Made by a program: the position numbers and the translations under genes. From a virus, in the IMG/VR virus record IMGVR_UViG_3300024346_000007: 64,000 nt of DNA; one strand, 5' to 3'. Below are positions 9,245 through 17,961 of the stretch, in pieces (the stretch's first letter is position 1; every line of letters begins with the position of its first letter). The notes under the pieces were generated by a model. It searched no databases. It was not told where the DNA came from and worked only from the letters and a program-made list of their open reading frames with translations.

Positions 9245-9475
9245 ATGGTACAAGATCTTTATTTTAAATACGACAGCACAGCTCGTATTAAGTTTAAGAA
9301 GAAGAATGTATTCGAGAATGATATGATGCCCGGCATCTATAGGATCAGAACAGAGAAGCTAGACTTCATGATTCCTAGTAAGTTAGTTCTCATAGAAGAA
9401 GATAATGCATTCATTCCCAATACCTTCTATCAAAGAGTATTAGAGAAGCTCTACTTTCAGAGAGCAGGAATGTAA
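9245..9475 (+). CDS. hypothetical protein
   Basis: ORF ending before terminator. Confidence 0.55.
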   Translation: MVQDLYFKYDSTARIKFKKKNVFENDMMPGIYRIRTEKLDFMIPSKLVLIEEDNAFIPNTFYQRVLEKLYFQRAGM

Positions 9476-9499
9476 CCTAATTTTTTATTGTGGTTAGTT

Positions 9500-9532
9500 A
9501 CCCCGGAGTGTTTCTACACTCTGGGTTTTTTT
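9500..9532 (+). terminator. Rho-independent terminator
   Basis: CCCGGAGTGT-TTCT-ACACTCTGGG + T7. Confidence 0.8.
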
Positions 9533-9549
9533 ATTTAAGATATCTTTAT

Positions 9550-9557
9550 TATATTTG
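9550..9557 (+). promoter_or_regulatory. Bacteroidota sigma70 -7 element TATATTTG
   Basis: TAnnTTTG just after terminator, upstream of ATG 9576. Confidence 0.65.
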
Positions 9558-9575
9558 TAATATAAATTAAACAAC

Positions 9576-10055
9576 ATGAACAACAATTATTCGTTTTTTC
9601 TATTCAGCCAGCTTTACAGTGTTACCCATCCTAACGATCCAACTCCTTACGATATGTTGTTTGGAGATTTACAGAAGTTGCATTCAGATTTTGAAGAGTC
9701 TTTGTATAATGATTCAGACAAGGGGGAGTATGAGTGCATGGTAGACTTTCTAAATTCTTACAAGGATATTATAATCAAGCCTGCTAAAGAAGAGGGCAAG
9801 GTATTGTTACTTGATCGTGGATCTTTTATAGACTGGTTCTTTGATGAGGATATGATGGAGACTTTTGTTTACGACTATGATGTTGCATCGGATTTAGCAA
9901 CTGAAGGTAGGTTTTCTATAACAGCACAAGCCTTATTAGATGCAGTAGGATATCTCCCAGCCTCAGTAGTATCTGAGTTGCAGACAGAGGTATACCTAAA
10001 TGAAGACGATGAGGTTGATACTGACAAGTATACTGAAATAAAATTTGCAGAATGA
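9576..10055 (+). CDS. hypothetical acidic protein (possibly two fused domains)
   Basis: 159-aa ORF. Confidence 0.6.
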   Translation: MNNNYSFFLFSQLYSVTHPNDPTPYDMLFGDLQKLHSDFEESLYNDSDKGEYECMVDFLNSYKDIIIKPAKEEGKVLLLDRGSFIDWFFDEDMMETFVYDYDVASDLATEGRFSITAQALLDAVGYLPASVVSELQTEVYLNEDDEVDTDKYTEIKFAE

Positions 10056-10429
10056 AAAACATAAGAGTAAGATTCAATCTAGCTAGGGGTAAGAACTACA
10101 TGAAGTGGAAAGTAGAGTACCCTGATAAGACTGTGGCATACTACGACATAACAGAAGTGCAGTTAGTAATGAGTAACTGCAAACTAAAGAACTATCGTAG
10201 TGTAGCTGAGAAGATACACAAGGGGGCTAATAAGTCTGTGTGTGCTTGGGTATTGTGTGAGGACTTGTTTATAAAACAAGGAGACTTCCTTAAAGATGAA
10301 GGGTATGATAGAGTTAAGTACAATCCTAGGGAGACGCCTAACTGGGTGTACAAAGGTGAGGTCGCTGATGGTGTGTCCTTTCAGACTATTGTCAGTATTG
10401 ACTACGGATTATATTGTATGATTAAATAA
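10052..10429 (+). CDS. conserved phage hypothetical protein
   Basis: VRFNL.RG....KW, KSVCAWV, KYNPR motifs. Confidence 0.65.
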   Translation: MKNIRVRFNLARGKNYMKWKVEYPDKTVAYYDITEVQLVMSNCKLKNYRSVAEKIHKGANKSVCAWVLCEDLFIKQGDFLKDEGYDRVKYNPRETPNWVYKGEVADGVSFQTIVSIDYGLYCMIK

Positions 10430-10439
10430 AAAACAAACA

Positions 10440-10703
10440 ATGAAACAGTTAGAGTTTGACTTTAATGAAAGAGAAAAACAAACAGGAGTAGACTGGCTAG
10501 TTGAAGAATTAACTAGACAGAATATGTACATGTATCTATTCACTAAGGAAATAGAACAAGCCAAAGCAATCGAGAAAGAGCAAATGCTTAATTTTTACTA
10601 TTGGATGAAAATTAATGATAATGAAAAAAATGCTGAGATATTCTTTGGGTTTAGTGATTCAGATATGATAGATCAATATTTTAATGAAACATATAATAAA
10701 TAA
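10440..10703 (+). CDS. hypothetical protein (KQT.V.WL / EQAK.IE family)
   Basis: Paralogous to 10971..11192. Confidence 0.6.
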   Translation: MKQLEFDFNEREKQTGVDWLVEELTRQNMYMYLFTKEIEQAKAIEKEQMLNFYYWMKINDNEKNAEIFFGFSDSDMIDQYFNETYNK

Positions 10704-10706
10704 ACT

Positions 10707-10967
10707 ATGACACCAAAAGAAAAAGCAGAAGAGCTAGTAGATAGGTTTCATATAAAGGTACACGTATCTTTTGTTGAAAATTCAATACCATCTGTTGTAA
10801 ATGCATTAATGTTATATGATTCAGCTAAACAATGTGCATTAATAGCAGTAGATGAGATAATTAATACTAATCCCAAAATAACAATAAATTGGGCTTTTAG
10901 TGGTATTCAAGAATTTGATAATGTAAATTATTGGCAAGAAGTAAAGAAAGAAATAGAAAAATTATAA
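10707..10967 (+). CDS. hypothetical protein (MTPKEKAEEL...AKQCALIAVDEII...YWQEVK family)
   Basis: Motifs recurrent in Bacteroidota phage proteins (recognition from memory). Confidence 0.6.
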   Translation: MTPKEKAEELVDRFHIKVHVSFVENSIPSVVNALMLYDSAKQCALIAVDEIINTNPKITINWAFSGIQEFDNVNYWQEVKKEIEKL

Positions 10968-10970
10968 ACT

Positions 10971-11192
10971 ATGGCAAAACAGACAGCAGTAGAATGGTTG
11001 CAAGAATTATATAATAGCAGACCAACATATGAGGAATTTATAATGGAAGATGAATTTGAACAAGCCAAAGAAATAGAAGAACAAAGAATCAGAGACGCCA
11101 TCATGCATGCCTTAGATGAGGACGGCCATACAGGAGACTGGAAAATAAAATTCGTTAACGATTATATCAACAATTTAAAACAAACAAAATGA
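10971..11192 (+). CDS. hypothetical protein (KQTAVEWL family)
   Basis: Paralogous to 10440..10703. Confidence 0.6.
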   Translation: MAKQTAVEWLQELYNSRPTYEEFIMEDEFEQAKEIEEQRIRDAIMHALDEDGHTGDWKIKFVNDYINNLKQTK

Positions 11193-11518
11193 AAAAAGCA
11201 ACAGCAATTTTAGGCATCATCCTATTGGCAGGGTGTGGACTATTCAGGAACAGCTCAGTGAAGCATGCATCAAAGAAAGATTTCACTGTAAACCATGATG
11301 TAGTTGTGTACAAAGGTAAACCTTTTGCAAAGCTACAGGCAATGACATGGTCTCTAGATGGCGGAGAGTTAGTAAAGGAGTTCAACTTTCAGCTAATAGA
11401 TTCTAAGGATCTATCTGTGATTGGAGGTATGATAGACTTTCTATCTGACAGGCATCAGGGAGATGAGATTGAAGTAGAGTTCAATATAGAAAATGGTAAT
11501 AACGATTTTAAATTATAA
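11189..11518 (+). CDS. putative lipoprotein
   Basis: MKK + hydrophobic stretch + lipobox LAGC. Confidence 0.7.
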   Translation: MKKATAILGIILLAGCGLFRNSSVKHASKKDFTVNHDVVVYKGKPFAKLQAMTWSLDGGELVKEFNFQLIDSKDLSVIGGMIDFLSDRHQGDEIEVEFNIENGNNDFKL

Positions 11519-11545
11519 CAAAACAAACAATAAACACAATCAGTT

Positions 11546-12523
11546 ATGGCACACAACTTAAACGAAACAAACGGTAAGGTATCTTTTGCAGCTCGCGGAG
11601 AGAAAGCATGGCATGGTCTTGGACAGTATGTATCAGAAGCAATGACTTCAGAACAAGCTATTGAACTTGGTGGATTGAATTACACAGTAGAGAAGCGTCC
11701 TCTCTATGCACCAGGTTGGGCTGGCACAATGGTAGAAGCAGAAGGCCACTATGGTAATGTAAGGACAGACACAAATGATATCCTTGGTATTGTTAAAGGT
11801 AGGTATAGTATTGTACAAAACAAAGATGCCTTTGGATTTTTTGATACCATCATTGATAAGGGTGAGGCTATCTTTGAGACAGCAGGAGCTTTAGGTAAAG
11901 GTGAGAGGATCTTTGTGACAGCTAAGCTTCCAGAAGATATGCTAGTGCATGGGGAGAGAGTAGAGAAGTATATCATGTTGACTAACTCTCATGACGGTAC
12001 CAGCAAAATCATTGCAGGATTCACGCCTATCAGAGTAGTATGTAACAATACCCTCACAGCAGCCCTTAAGAACATCGACAACAAGGTCAGCATCTCACAC
12101 ACTGCATCAGCAGAGAGTAGATTGAAAGAGGCTTCTAGGGTCATGGGAATAGCTTCTAAGTACATGGATGAAGTGAACATGACATTCGATAGTATGACTA
12201 CCAGGAAGCTATCTGATCTAGAGATGAAGTACTTCATTGAGACTGTGATGAAAGGTAATGTTAAAGAGGATAAGTCTGACAAGGAAGCCTCTACTAGGAT
12301 GAAGAACCTTGTAGATCAGGTGTACTCTTTTGCTATCAGTCATCCTACTCAGACTACTGAGGCTGCTTACAGGACATTGTGGGGAGCTTACAATGGTATC
12401 TCTGGTTACTATAACTTCCTTAAGGATTATAAGAACGCTGATCAGAAGATGAAGGATATGAACTATGGATATGCCAACGATAAGATTTCTAAGGCATTTG
12501 ATCAGGCTGTAGTAATGCTTTAG
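11546..12523 (+). CDS. DUF932 / phage-plasmid TIGR03299-like protein
   Basis: AWHGLG, Y..VQN.DAF.F.D, ETAGAL..G, LTNSHDG, TPIRVVCNNT. Confidence 0.85.
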   Translation: MAHNLNETNGKVSFAARGEKAWHGLGQYVSEAMTSEQAIELGGLNYTVEKRPLYAPGWAGTMVEAEGHYGNVRTDTNDILGIVKGRYSIVQNKDAFGFFDTIIDKGEAIFETAGALGKGERIFVTAKLPEDMLVHGERVEKYIMLTNSHDGTSKIIAGFTPIRVVCNNTLTAALKNIDNKVSISHTASAESRLKEASRVMGIASKYMDEVNMTFDSMTTRKLSDLEMKYFIETVMKGNVKEDKSDKEASTRMKNLVDQVYSFAISHPTQTTEAAYRTLWGAYNGISGYYNFLKDYKNADQKMKDMNYGYANDKISKAFDQAVVML

Positions 12524-12536
12524 TGTTTGATCAGTT

Positions 12537-12662
12537 ATGAGAAACAATAGCGAACTATGGGAAAGATTTGAGAATGATCAACCTATAAAAAAGAAAAAGA
12601 AAAAGAAGAAACCTAAAAAGAAAAAGGTAAAAATTTTTTATGGATATAACACAAACAAATAA
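12537..12662 (+). CDS. poly-lysine peptide (41 aa, missed by ORF track)
   Basis: MRNNSELWERFENDQPIKKKKKKKKPKKKKVKIFYGYNTNK; TCAGTTATG leader as at 11546; stop abuts next start. Confidence 0.6.
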   Translation: MRNNSELWERFENDQPIKKKKKKKKPKKKKVKIFYGYNTNK

Positions 12663-12665
12663 CAT

Positions 12666-12767
12666 ATGAAGCAAGAAGAGTATTGGAATGGTTTTATTTT
12701 AGGACTATTTGTAGGGGGTATTATGGGAATTGTAATACTCAACCTAGTTCAAAAAGGTATAATCTAA
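12666..12767 (+). CDS. small membrane peptide (33 aa)
   Basis: MKQEEYWNGFILGLFVGVIMGIVILNLVQKGII. Confidence 0.55.
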   Translation: MKQEEYWNGFILGLFVGGIMGIVILNLVQKGII

Positions 12768-12778
12768 AAACAAATAAC

Positions 12779-13030
12779 ATGAAGAATAGTAAGAAAGATA
12801 AAGAAACTTTTGTAGTGGAGACATATTCTAGACAATCAGTATTTGCTGAACTTAAACAGTTTGACCCTTTGTTCTCTAAAGAGACTGACTACATTGAGAT
12901 TACAGAGTGGGCTAATGGTGAAGGTCTTGATATTAATATAAACACTACACAGGATCATAGCTTCCACTTAACCTGGGGGCAATGGGATGCAATCAAGTAT
13001 TTAATTAAACAACTAAATAAAGCAATATGA
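12779..13030 (+). CDS. hypothetical protein (start revised to MKNSKK)
   Basis: IEITEWANGEG.D motif; A-rich leader. Confidence 0.65.
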   Translation: MKNSKKDKETFVVETYSRQSVFAELKQFDPLFSKETDYIEITEWANGEGLDININTTQDHSFHLTWGQWDAIKYLIKQLNKAI

Positions 13031-13239
13031 TAACAGTAAAAGATCTTATTGAAAAACTACAGACAGTAGATCCCGATCTAGTGGTACTTGTTCCTGGATA
13101 CGAAGGAGGTTTCCGGGAAGTTGTATTTAGTAACTACGTAATCAAGTTCCAAAAAGATAGGAATGATGAGTGGTACTACGGACCTCATGAGGAGATATAT
13201 GATGGAAGGCCAGAAGATTTTCAAGGTATTGTACTTTAA
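13027..13239 (+). CDS. hypothetical protein
   Basis: TVKDLIEKLQ..DPD...GYEGG, YYGPHE. Confidence 0.65.
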   Translation: MITVKDLIEKLQTVDPDLVVLVPGYEGGFREVVFSNYVIKFQKDRNDEWYYGPHEEIYDGRPEDFQGIVL

Positions 13240-13250
13240 AACAAACAACT

Positions 13251-13421
13251 ATGGAATATCAAGAAGGAGTCGTAAGAGTAGAAGTTGTAGATGAGAATGG
13301 ACGGTCTTATGTTAATTGGAATAAAGATAACATAGTTCATATATCAATACAAGATGAAGGTAAGACTTTGAAAGTGTTTATTGCTAAAGTAAAAACTAAT
13401 GGAGAAGATACTAATAAATAA
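13251..13421 (+). CDS. hypothetical protein (56 aa, missed by ORF track)
   Basis: MEYQEGVVRVEVVDENGRSYVNW...SIQDEGKTLKVFI; AAACAAACAACT leader. Confidence 0.65.
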   Translation: MEYQEGVVRVEVVDENGRSYVNWNKDNIVHISIQDEGKTLKVFIAKVKTNGEDTNK

Positions 13422-13471
13422 GAGAAGGATGTGCCGGTTAGTGATGTTTCTTTATTTTTACCCTTTTAATT

Positions 13472-13849
13472 ATGAACCAAAGAAAATTTAGTCAACAGCT
13501 GTACGATCAGTACATGAAGCAAGGAGGAGACTGTTACTATTGTAAGAAGGAGTTCCCTTATGATGAGATCACTAGGGATCACTTCTTGCCTATATCAGAA
13601 GGCAATACATTAGTAAACAATAAAGTCTTTGCCTGTAGGAAGTGTAACAGTTTGAAGGGGGATAAGTCTATTGAGGAGTTCAAAGACTTTCTTCTATTTA
13701 AACTAACTGGTATTCTTAGGGAGGTGGTAGATAACAATTGGATTATGACACAGAAGCAACTGGACAAGTTTACTTGGTATAGTAGGATTCTTAAAACTCT
13801 AGGAGAAATAATTGATAATGACAACAAACCTTTAATTATCTTTACGTAA
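13472..13849 (+). CDS. HNH endonuclease
   Basis: CYYC..TRDH..P...G....N...ACRKCNSLKG. Confidence 0.85.
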   Translation: MNQRKFSQQLYDQYMKQGGDCYYCKKEFPYDEITRDHFLPISEGNTLVNNKVFACRKCNSLKGDKSIEEFKDFLLFKLTGILREVVDNNWIMTQKQLDKFTWYSRILKTLGEIIDNDNKPLIIFT

Positions 13850-13864
13850 ACAAAAACCAATCAT

Positions 13865-14194
13865 ATGAGTATTTTAGATTTTGATCCAAAAGAGTTTAAA
13901 GAAGCCTTAGAAATAGGCAAGGCTAATGCAAAAGATACTGGAAAAACTATAGAGGAGTATATGAATATATCTCTACAGTCTCTTCTATTTTTGGGTAGGA
14001 ATATCAAAGACAAGCCAGAACTTTTAGAAGTTGCTATCTTCAATATTAGATTATGCTACACATACTATATGCAAGAAGAGGATTATATTAAAGTAGCCCA
14101 GATTGTTGAGTTTATTGTTGGCATAGAAGCTAAAGCTGCTGACAAAGTAGTTGACAGTACTATCATTGATGAGATAACTATAAACCTCAACTAA
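13865..14194 (+). CDS. hypothetical protein with UVR-like motif
   Basis: EEDYIKVAQI. Confidence 0.55.
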   Translation: MSILDFDPKEFKEALEIGKANAKDTGKTIEEYMNISLQSLLFLGRNIKDKPELLEVAIFNIRLCYTYYMQEEDYIKVAQIVEFIVGIEAKAADKVVDSTIIDEITINLN

Positions 14195-14196
14195 TT

Positions 14197-14838
14197 ATGA
14201 GCGACCTACTGATAGATGATGAGTTTAAGAGTGATAAGTTTTCAGTATCATTGAATGAGTTACTGTTCAGTAGACCGTATAGGCCCAACATTAAATCAGT
14301 AAGTAAGCTTCTAGATGACAATGGATACTTCGGTAGATATAGGATCGAGCCTATATATGACAAGAAGTTCAGAGCTGACTCTACTATTAAGGTACACGTC
14401 TACCTTGTAGATAGTGGGTACACCTATACTTGGCCATACAATACATTCTTTGATATGGATAAGAAATCCTTCGGACACAACAGGAAAATACCTAGAGGGG
14501 TATTCACAGACAAGTTTATGTTTGGGTACTGTGTGAGGGTGTTATCTGTGATGTCCACTCCTATAGAGATGATAGAACAACCTATGTCTTATTACGATGC
14601 GCTCTGTTTGAAGTGCATGAGTATTATAAAAGAAGGTAATCACTCTGCGGAGGACTGGTCATGGATCATATGTAAGAATCACGGTAGCTTTGGACAGAGG
14701 CCATACTATGATAGGGTCATACCTTTTCTGATAAGACTAGGTCTTATAATGAATAACAAGTTTAGGATTATAGGACATGAGGATCCTGAAGAGTACACTT
14801 CTAATATGTTTGATATAGATTACTGGCATAACATTTAA
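14197..14838 (+). CDS. hypothetical protein
   Basis: 213-aa ORF. Confidence 0.6.
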   Translation: MSDLLIDDEFKSDKFSVSLNELLFSRPYRPNIKSVSKLLDDNGYFGRYRIEPIYDKKFRADSTIKVHVYLVDSGYTYTWPYNTFFDMDKKSFGHNRKIPRGVFTDKFMFGYCVRVLSVMSTPIEMIEQPMSYYDALCLKCMSIIKEGNHSAEDWSWIICKNHGSFGQRPYYDRVIPFLIRLGLIMNNKFRIIGHEDPEEYTSNMFDIDYWHNI

Positions 14839-14848
14839 ACTTACAATT

Positions 14849-15016
14849 ATGGTATATACATTACTTATTACCTTTCTTTCCTTATTCGTTTTATTTATAT
14901 TGATGTGTTTGATTGAGGAATACATTATCCCCAAGTTATCCACTGACTCCATGTTTAAAAAGTGGTGGCGTAATCATATTATAGGGAACTACACTGGACC
15001 TGAAGATATGTGGTAG
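14849..15016 (+). CDS. small membrane protein (55 aa, missed by ORF track)
   Basis: MVYTLLITFLSLFVLFILMCLIEE...FKKWWRNHIIG; last + strand gene before the strand switch. Confidence 0.55.
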   Translation: MVYTLLITFLSLFVLFILMCLIEEYIIPKLSTDSMFKKWWRNHIIGNYTGPEDMW

Positions 15017-15374
15017 GGCTTACTATAGATATAATGTTCTGTATCTGATGCACATATAGAACAGTAGTATTGCTAAATGTCCATATGCTATTGTCGTTGT
15101 ATATGATACCTCTTGAGTTGTAGAACTTACCTCCGAGTAATATAGACATCCCTATCTCTTTATGGTATGGGTTGTCTTTTTCTCTAGCTACGGTAAATCC
15201 CATCTCCTTCATTAGTTGTACAGTTATTTCTAACGGCTTCATGTCGTGCCATTCAAGAAAGTACGTTTGACTATCAGCGTACTCTGCCAGTATTCCTTTC
15301 TGGTTTATTTCTATTACCCTGGCTATTTTTTTCTGCCAATCTTGAATGTAATTCCCCAGTTGATATGTTTTCAT
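14979..15374 (-). CDS. hypothetical phage protein
   Basis: QLGNYI, P.EIT..L...GF, YVHQIQN motifs. Confidence 0.65.
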   Translation of the reverse strand: MKTYQLGNYIQDWQKKIARVIEINQKGILAEYADSQTYFLEWHDMKPLEITVQLMKEMGFTVAREKDNPYHKEIGMSILLGGKFYNSRGIIYNDNSIWTFSNTTVLYVHQIQNIISIVSPTTYLQVQCSSL

Positions 15375-15471
15375 AATCCTGTGTGTTTCCTAAAAAATCA
15401 AAGTCCCTGTAAAAATATGTCTGCATTTGTGAGTTGGGTTTTTTGCTTTTGAGGGCAAAAGGTATAAAAGA

Positions 15472-15503
15472 GAAAGAGGGGTTAATTATCCCCCCTCTTC
15501 TTT
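15472..15503 (-). terminator. intrinsic terminator (probably bidirectional)
   Basis: AAGAGGGG...CCCCTCTT stem with T-rich tails on both strands. Confidence 0.65.
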
Positions 15504-15573
15504 ATGTAATCTATTCCTCCAAATACCAACCATGCTAAGCTACATAGGATTGATATGCCCATTATAATAATCC

Positions 15574-15834
15574 CTACCATCCTACTAGGTTTGTATCATC
15601 AGACCATATAGGAGTCTTCTCTCCCATATATGACCCTTCTACGTTATAGTAAAAATGTTCCATAGCATCTTCTTCACTCATGCCTTCTTCTATTAATATC
15701 TGTATAGACTTTGATATGGAATATATAAGTCTTTCTGATCCTGGATGATATCCTATAATGGCATCATCGAACCCATCTGCTATTAGAAATTCAGTGTCTG
15801 GGTGTGCTTCTATCAAGGCTTCTAACATTGTCAT
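15574..15834 (-). CDS. conserved phage hypothetical protein
   Basis: ADGFDDAIIG, EDAMEHFYYN..G.Y.G..TP. Confidence 0.75.
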   Translation of the reverse strand: MTMLEALIEAHPDTEFLIADGFDDAIIGYHPGSERLIYSISKSIQILIEEGMSEEDAMEHFYYNVEGSYMGEKTPIWSDDTNLVGW

Positions 15835-15837
15835 ATA

Positions 15838-16530
15838 TTATGGTTTTATGAAAACTCCCCACATATAGAATAGGAACTTTTCGTATTCAAGTTTTTCTAA
15901 TCCGTTATCTGTTACTGCTTGTTTGATAGAGTCGTAAGAACATTCAAACATATAGGGCCATTGCCAATAGTCTTTAGCTTCAAAGAATAGCTCTTCATAA
16001 CTCTCATCTTTATAGTCGTGGAGTATTATAACATCTCCAGACTTAAGGTATTTTGAGAACTCTATGAACTCTTGAGTCTTATTACCTCCGTCACATATCA
16101 TAAGAGTCCTACCCGGTCTTTCTATGTATGATTTAATATCAGCATACACCTTTGGATCAAAACAATCTCCGATCCTAAAATCTATCTCTTCTCTTTTCTT
16201 TTCTAGCTTTGCTTGGTTTATCTCTGGAGCTATGTCATACGATACGAAGAATGCTCCGTCCTTTCTACTATCATACAAATAACTAGACAGTCCTCCATTG
16301 TAAGATCCTATCTCCACTATGTTATCAAACTTGCTTAGCCAATCTTTATTGAAAGCCATGTATATTCCTAATACCTGGGATATCTGAATGTCATCGTAGA
16401 TATTAAGTCTGTAATACGGATGTGAGGAGTGCCACTTCGTTATACCAGTAAAACTTATTTTATCTGATACGTGTCTTTTCAGCAAGTGCAAATACATCTG
16501 TGCGTTGAAATCAAATAACTCTTGATTCAT
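15838..16530 (-). CDS. class I SAM methyltransferase (CmcI-like)
   Basis: IVEIGSYNGG, CDGG, IILHD. Confidence 0.7.
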   Translation of the reverse strand: MNQELFDFNAQMYLHLLKRHVSDKISFTGITKWHSSHPYYRLNIYDDIQISQVLGIYMAFNKDWLSKFDNIVEIGSYNGGLSSYLYDSRKDGAFFVSYDIAPEINQAKLEKKREEIDFRIGDCFDPKVYADIKSYIERPGRTLMICDGGNKTQEFIEFSKYLKSGDVIILHDYKDESYEELFFEAKDYWQWPYMFECSYDSIKQAVTDNGLEKLEYEKFLFYMWGVFIKP

Positions 16531-16540
16531 ATACTTTATT

Positions 16541-17725
16541 TTAATCGCAAAAAATAGGTGCTTTAATTGTAAATCCTCTGTTCTTATCTAACAGTTGGAA
16601 TGATTGCATCGGCTTCTGGAAGCTGGCTCCTATCTGCATTGCAAAAGTATCATATCCACATACGCTACCGTTAAGAGTACAGTTCGCGGTAGGATAGGAC
16701 AGACTGTGATAGTGATGCATTAAATTGTAATCACACTTGCTGATCTGATCTAGCCTTAGAATATACTTATTCAATGGGATAGTAAGACCTCCTATACCTC
16801 CTCCACTCTTTACCTGCCATCCATGTAGACTACGGATTCTTTTATTGTATACCTGGAACTCACAGATGTCACTATCTGGAGCATACCACTCAAACATACT
16901 ATCGTTGAAGTCTTGCTTCAATAAATTATATAGTACTGATTCAAAGTTAGTTCTATAATCTATAGTAGAGTTCATCTTCTTAGTAGTCCTACTATGATTA
17001 CCCCTTACACATGGAAGTACTATCTTCTTAAACTTTCCATTCTCTGCTATTGTCTTTATGAATTTATGTAGAAGTTCTCTACAAAATAACAGCTCTTCCA
17101 TCTGAGAGAAGGCTGTGGCCATCTGGCTGTGATCATGCAACATGGAATTCTCCATGAAATCTCCCCCCAACCCAAGTACCAAGTTTTCTATCTTAACCTC
17201 TGCTCTCTCCTTATTTACTAGGGATATTAGATTCTCAGCTAACTTATCCATACGCTTCTTAGCGATGTCTGGGTTATGCTCATTAAGGCCATTAACTGTT
17301 GAAGGTAGGATAATCTTACCGAAGTGAGTATCAGACAACTGCACTATGGCGGTGGCCTCATTCTTTATAGAGTTGTTTGGCTTTACTTCAGGAGACTTTA
17401 TCTTTGCTATGTCCTGAGTCTTTAGAGCTAAAGCAATGTCGTAAAGATCTGACAGCTGCTCGTAATCCTTAACAGCTTCTTCTACTTGTCTCTTCAGTGA
17501 TTTTATCTCTGCATTTTCTCTCCTTAGCACTATCTGATCAGTGATCTTGAAGGGCTCCTCTGTGGTGAACTTAGCTCCTTCTAGGAGTTCTTTATTCCTC
17601 CTTTTTGTTTCAGCCGCTTTTCTTCCAGCTTCTTTCTGTACACGTTTCTTTTCAGCAAGGCTTTTAACTGTTTTAGAAGGGGCTGGTTTACTAGCCGCTT
17701 TTTTGATAACTGATTTTTTTGCCAT
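16541..17725 (-). CDS. calcineurin-like metallophosphoesterase with basic N-terminal tail
   Basis: SDTHFG, GGDF, RGNH, HG, HHYH. Confidence 0.8.
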   Translation of the reverse strand: MAKKSVIKKAASKPAPSKTVKSLAEKKRVQKEAGRKAAETKRRNKELLEGAKFTTEEPFKITDQIVLRRENAEIKSLKRQVEEAVKDYEQLSDLYDIALALKTQDIAKIKSPEVKPNNSIKNEATAIVQLSDTHFGKIILPSTVNGLNEHNPDIAKKRMDKLAENLISLVNKERAEVKIENLVLGLGGDFMENSMLHDHSQMATAFSQMEELLFCRELLHKFIKTIAENGKFKKIVLPCVRGNHSRTTKKMNSTIDYRTNFESVLYNLLKQDFNDSMFEWYAPDSDICEFQVYNKRIRSLHGWQVKSGGGIGGLTIPLNKYILRLDQISKCDYNLMHHYHSLSYPTANCTLNGSVCGYDTFAMQIGASFQKPMQSFQLLDKNRGFTIKAPIFCD

Positions 17726-17746
17726 AAATTTTTTTTTAAAACAGGA

Positions 17747-17947
17747 TTAATCCCAAATCTTATCTTCCATATCTGCCCTTTTCTTTTCGGACATTTCCCG
17801 TATTCTCTCTATACATAAATCCACAACAGCGTTGTAAGAATCATTGTTATTTGAATACGGGTATATATTCTTCATCTGTTCGAGATTCATCTCTACTTCT
17901 TTGAATATTTCAAATCCGAATAATGGTATGTTCTTTGGTATTGCCAT
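17747..17947 (-). CDS. hypothetical protein
   Basis: ORF preceded by ATATTTATT motif. Confidence 0.5.
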   Translation of the reverse strand: MAIPKNIPLFGFEIFKEVEMNLEQMKNIYPYSNNNDSYNAVVDLCIERIREMSEKKRADMEDKIWD

Positions 17948-17961
17948 ATATAATAAATATA

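Noticed and set aside
12584-12632. Eukaryotic nuclear localisation signal (PKKKKVK) or replication origin tract
   Set aside because: Context is a bacteriophage, so the NLS match is most likely chance in a poly-Lys run; no iterons support an origin
15482-15580. 32-aa minus-strand membrane peptide MVGIIIMGISILCSLAWLVFGG...
   Set aside because: Plausible but short and runs into the terminator stem; not enough support to list as a feature
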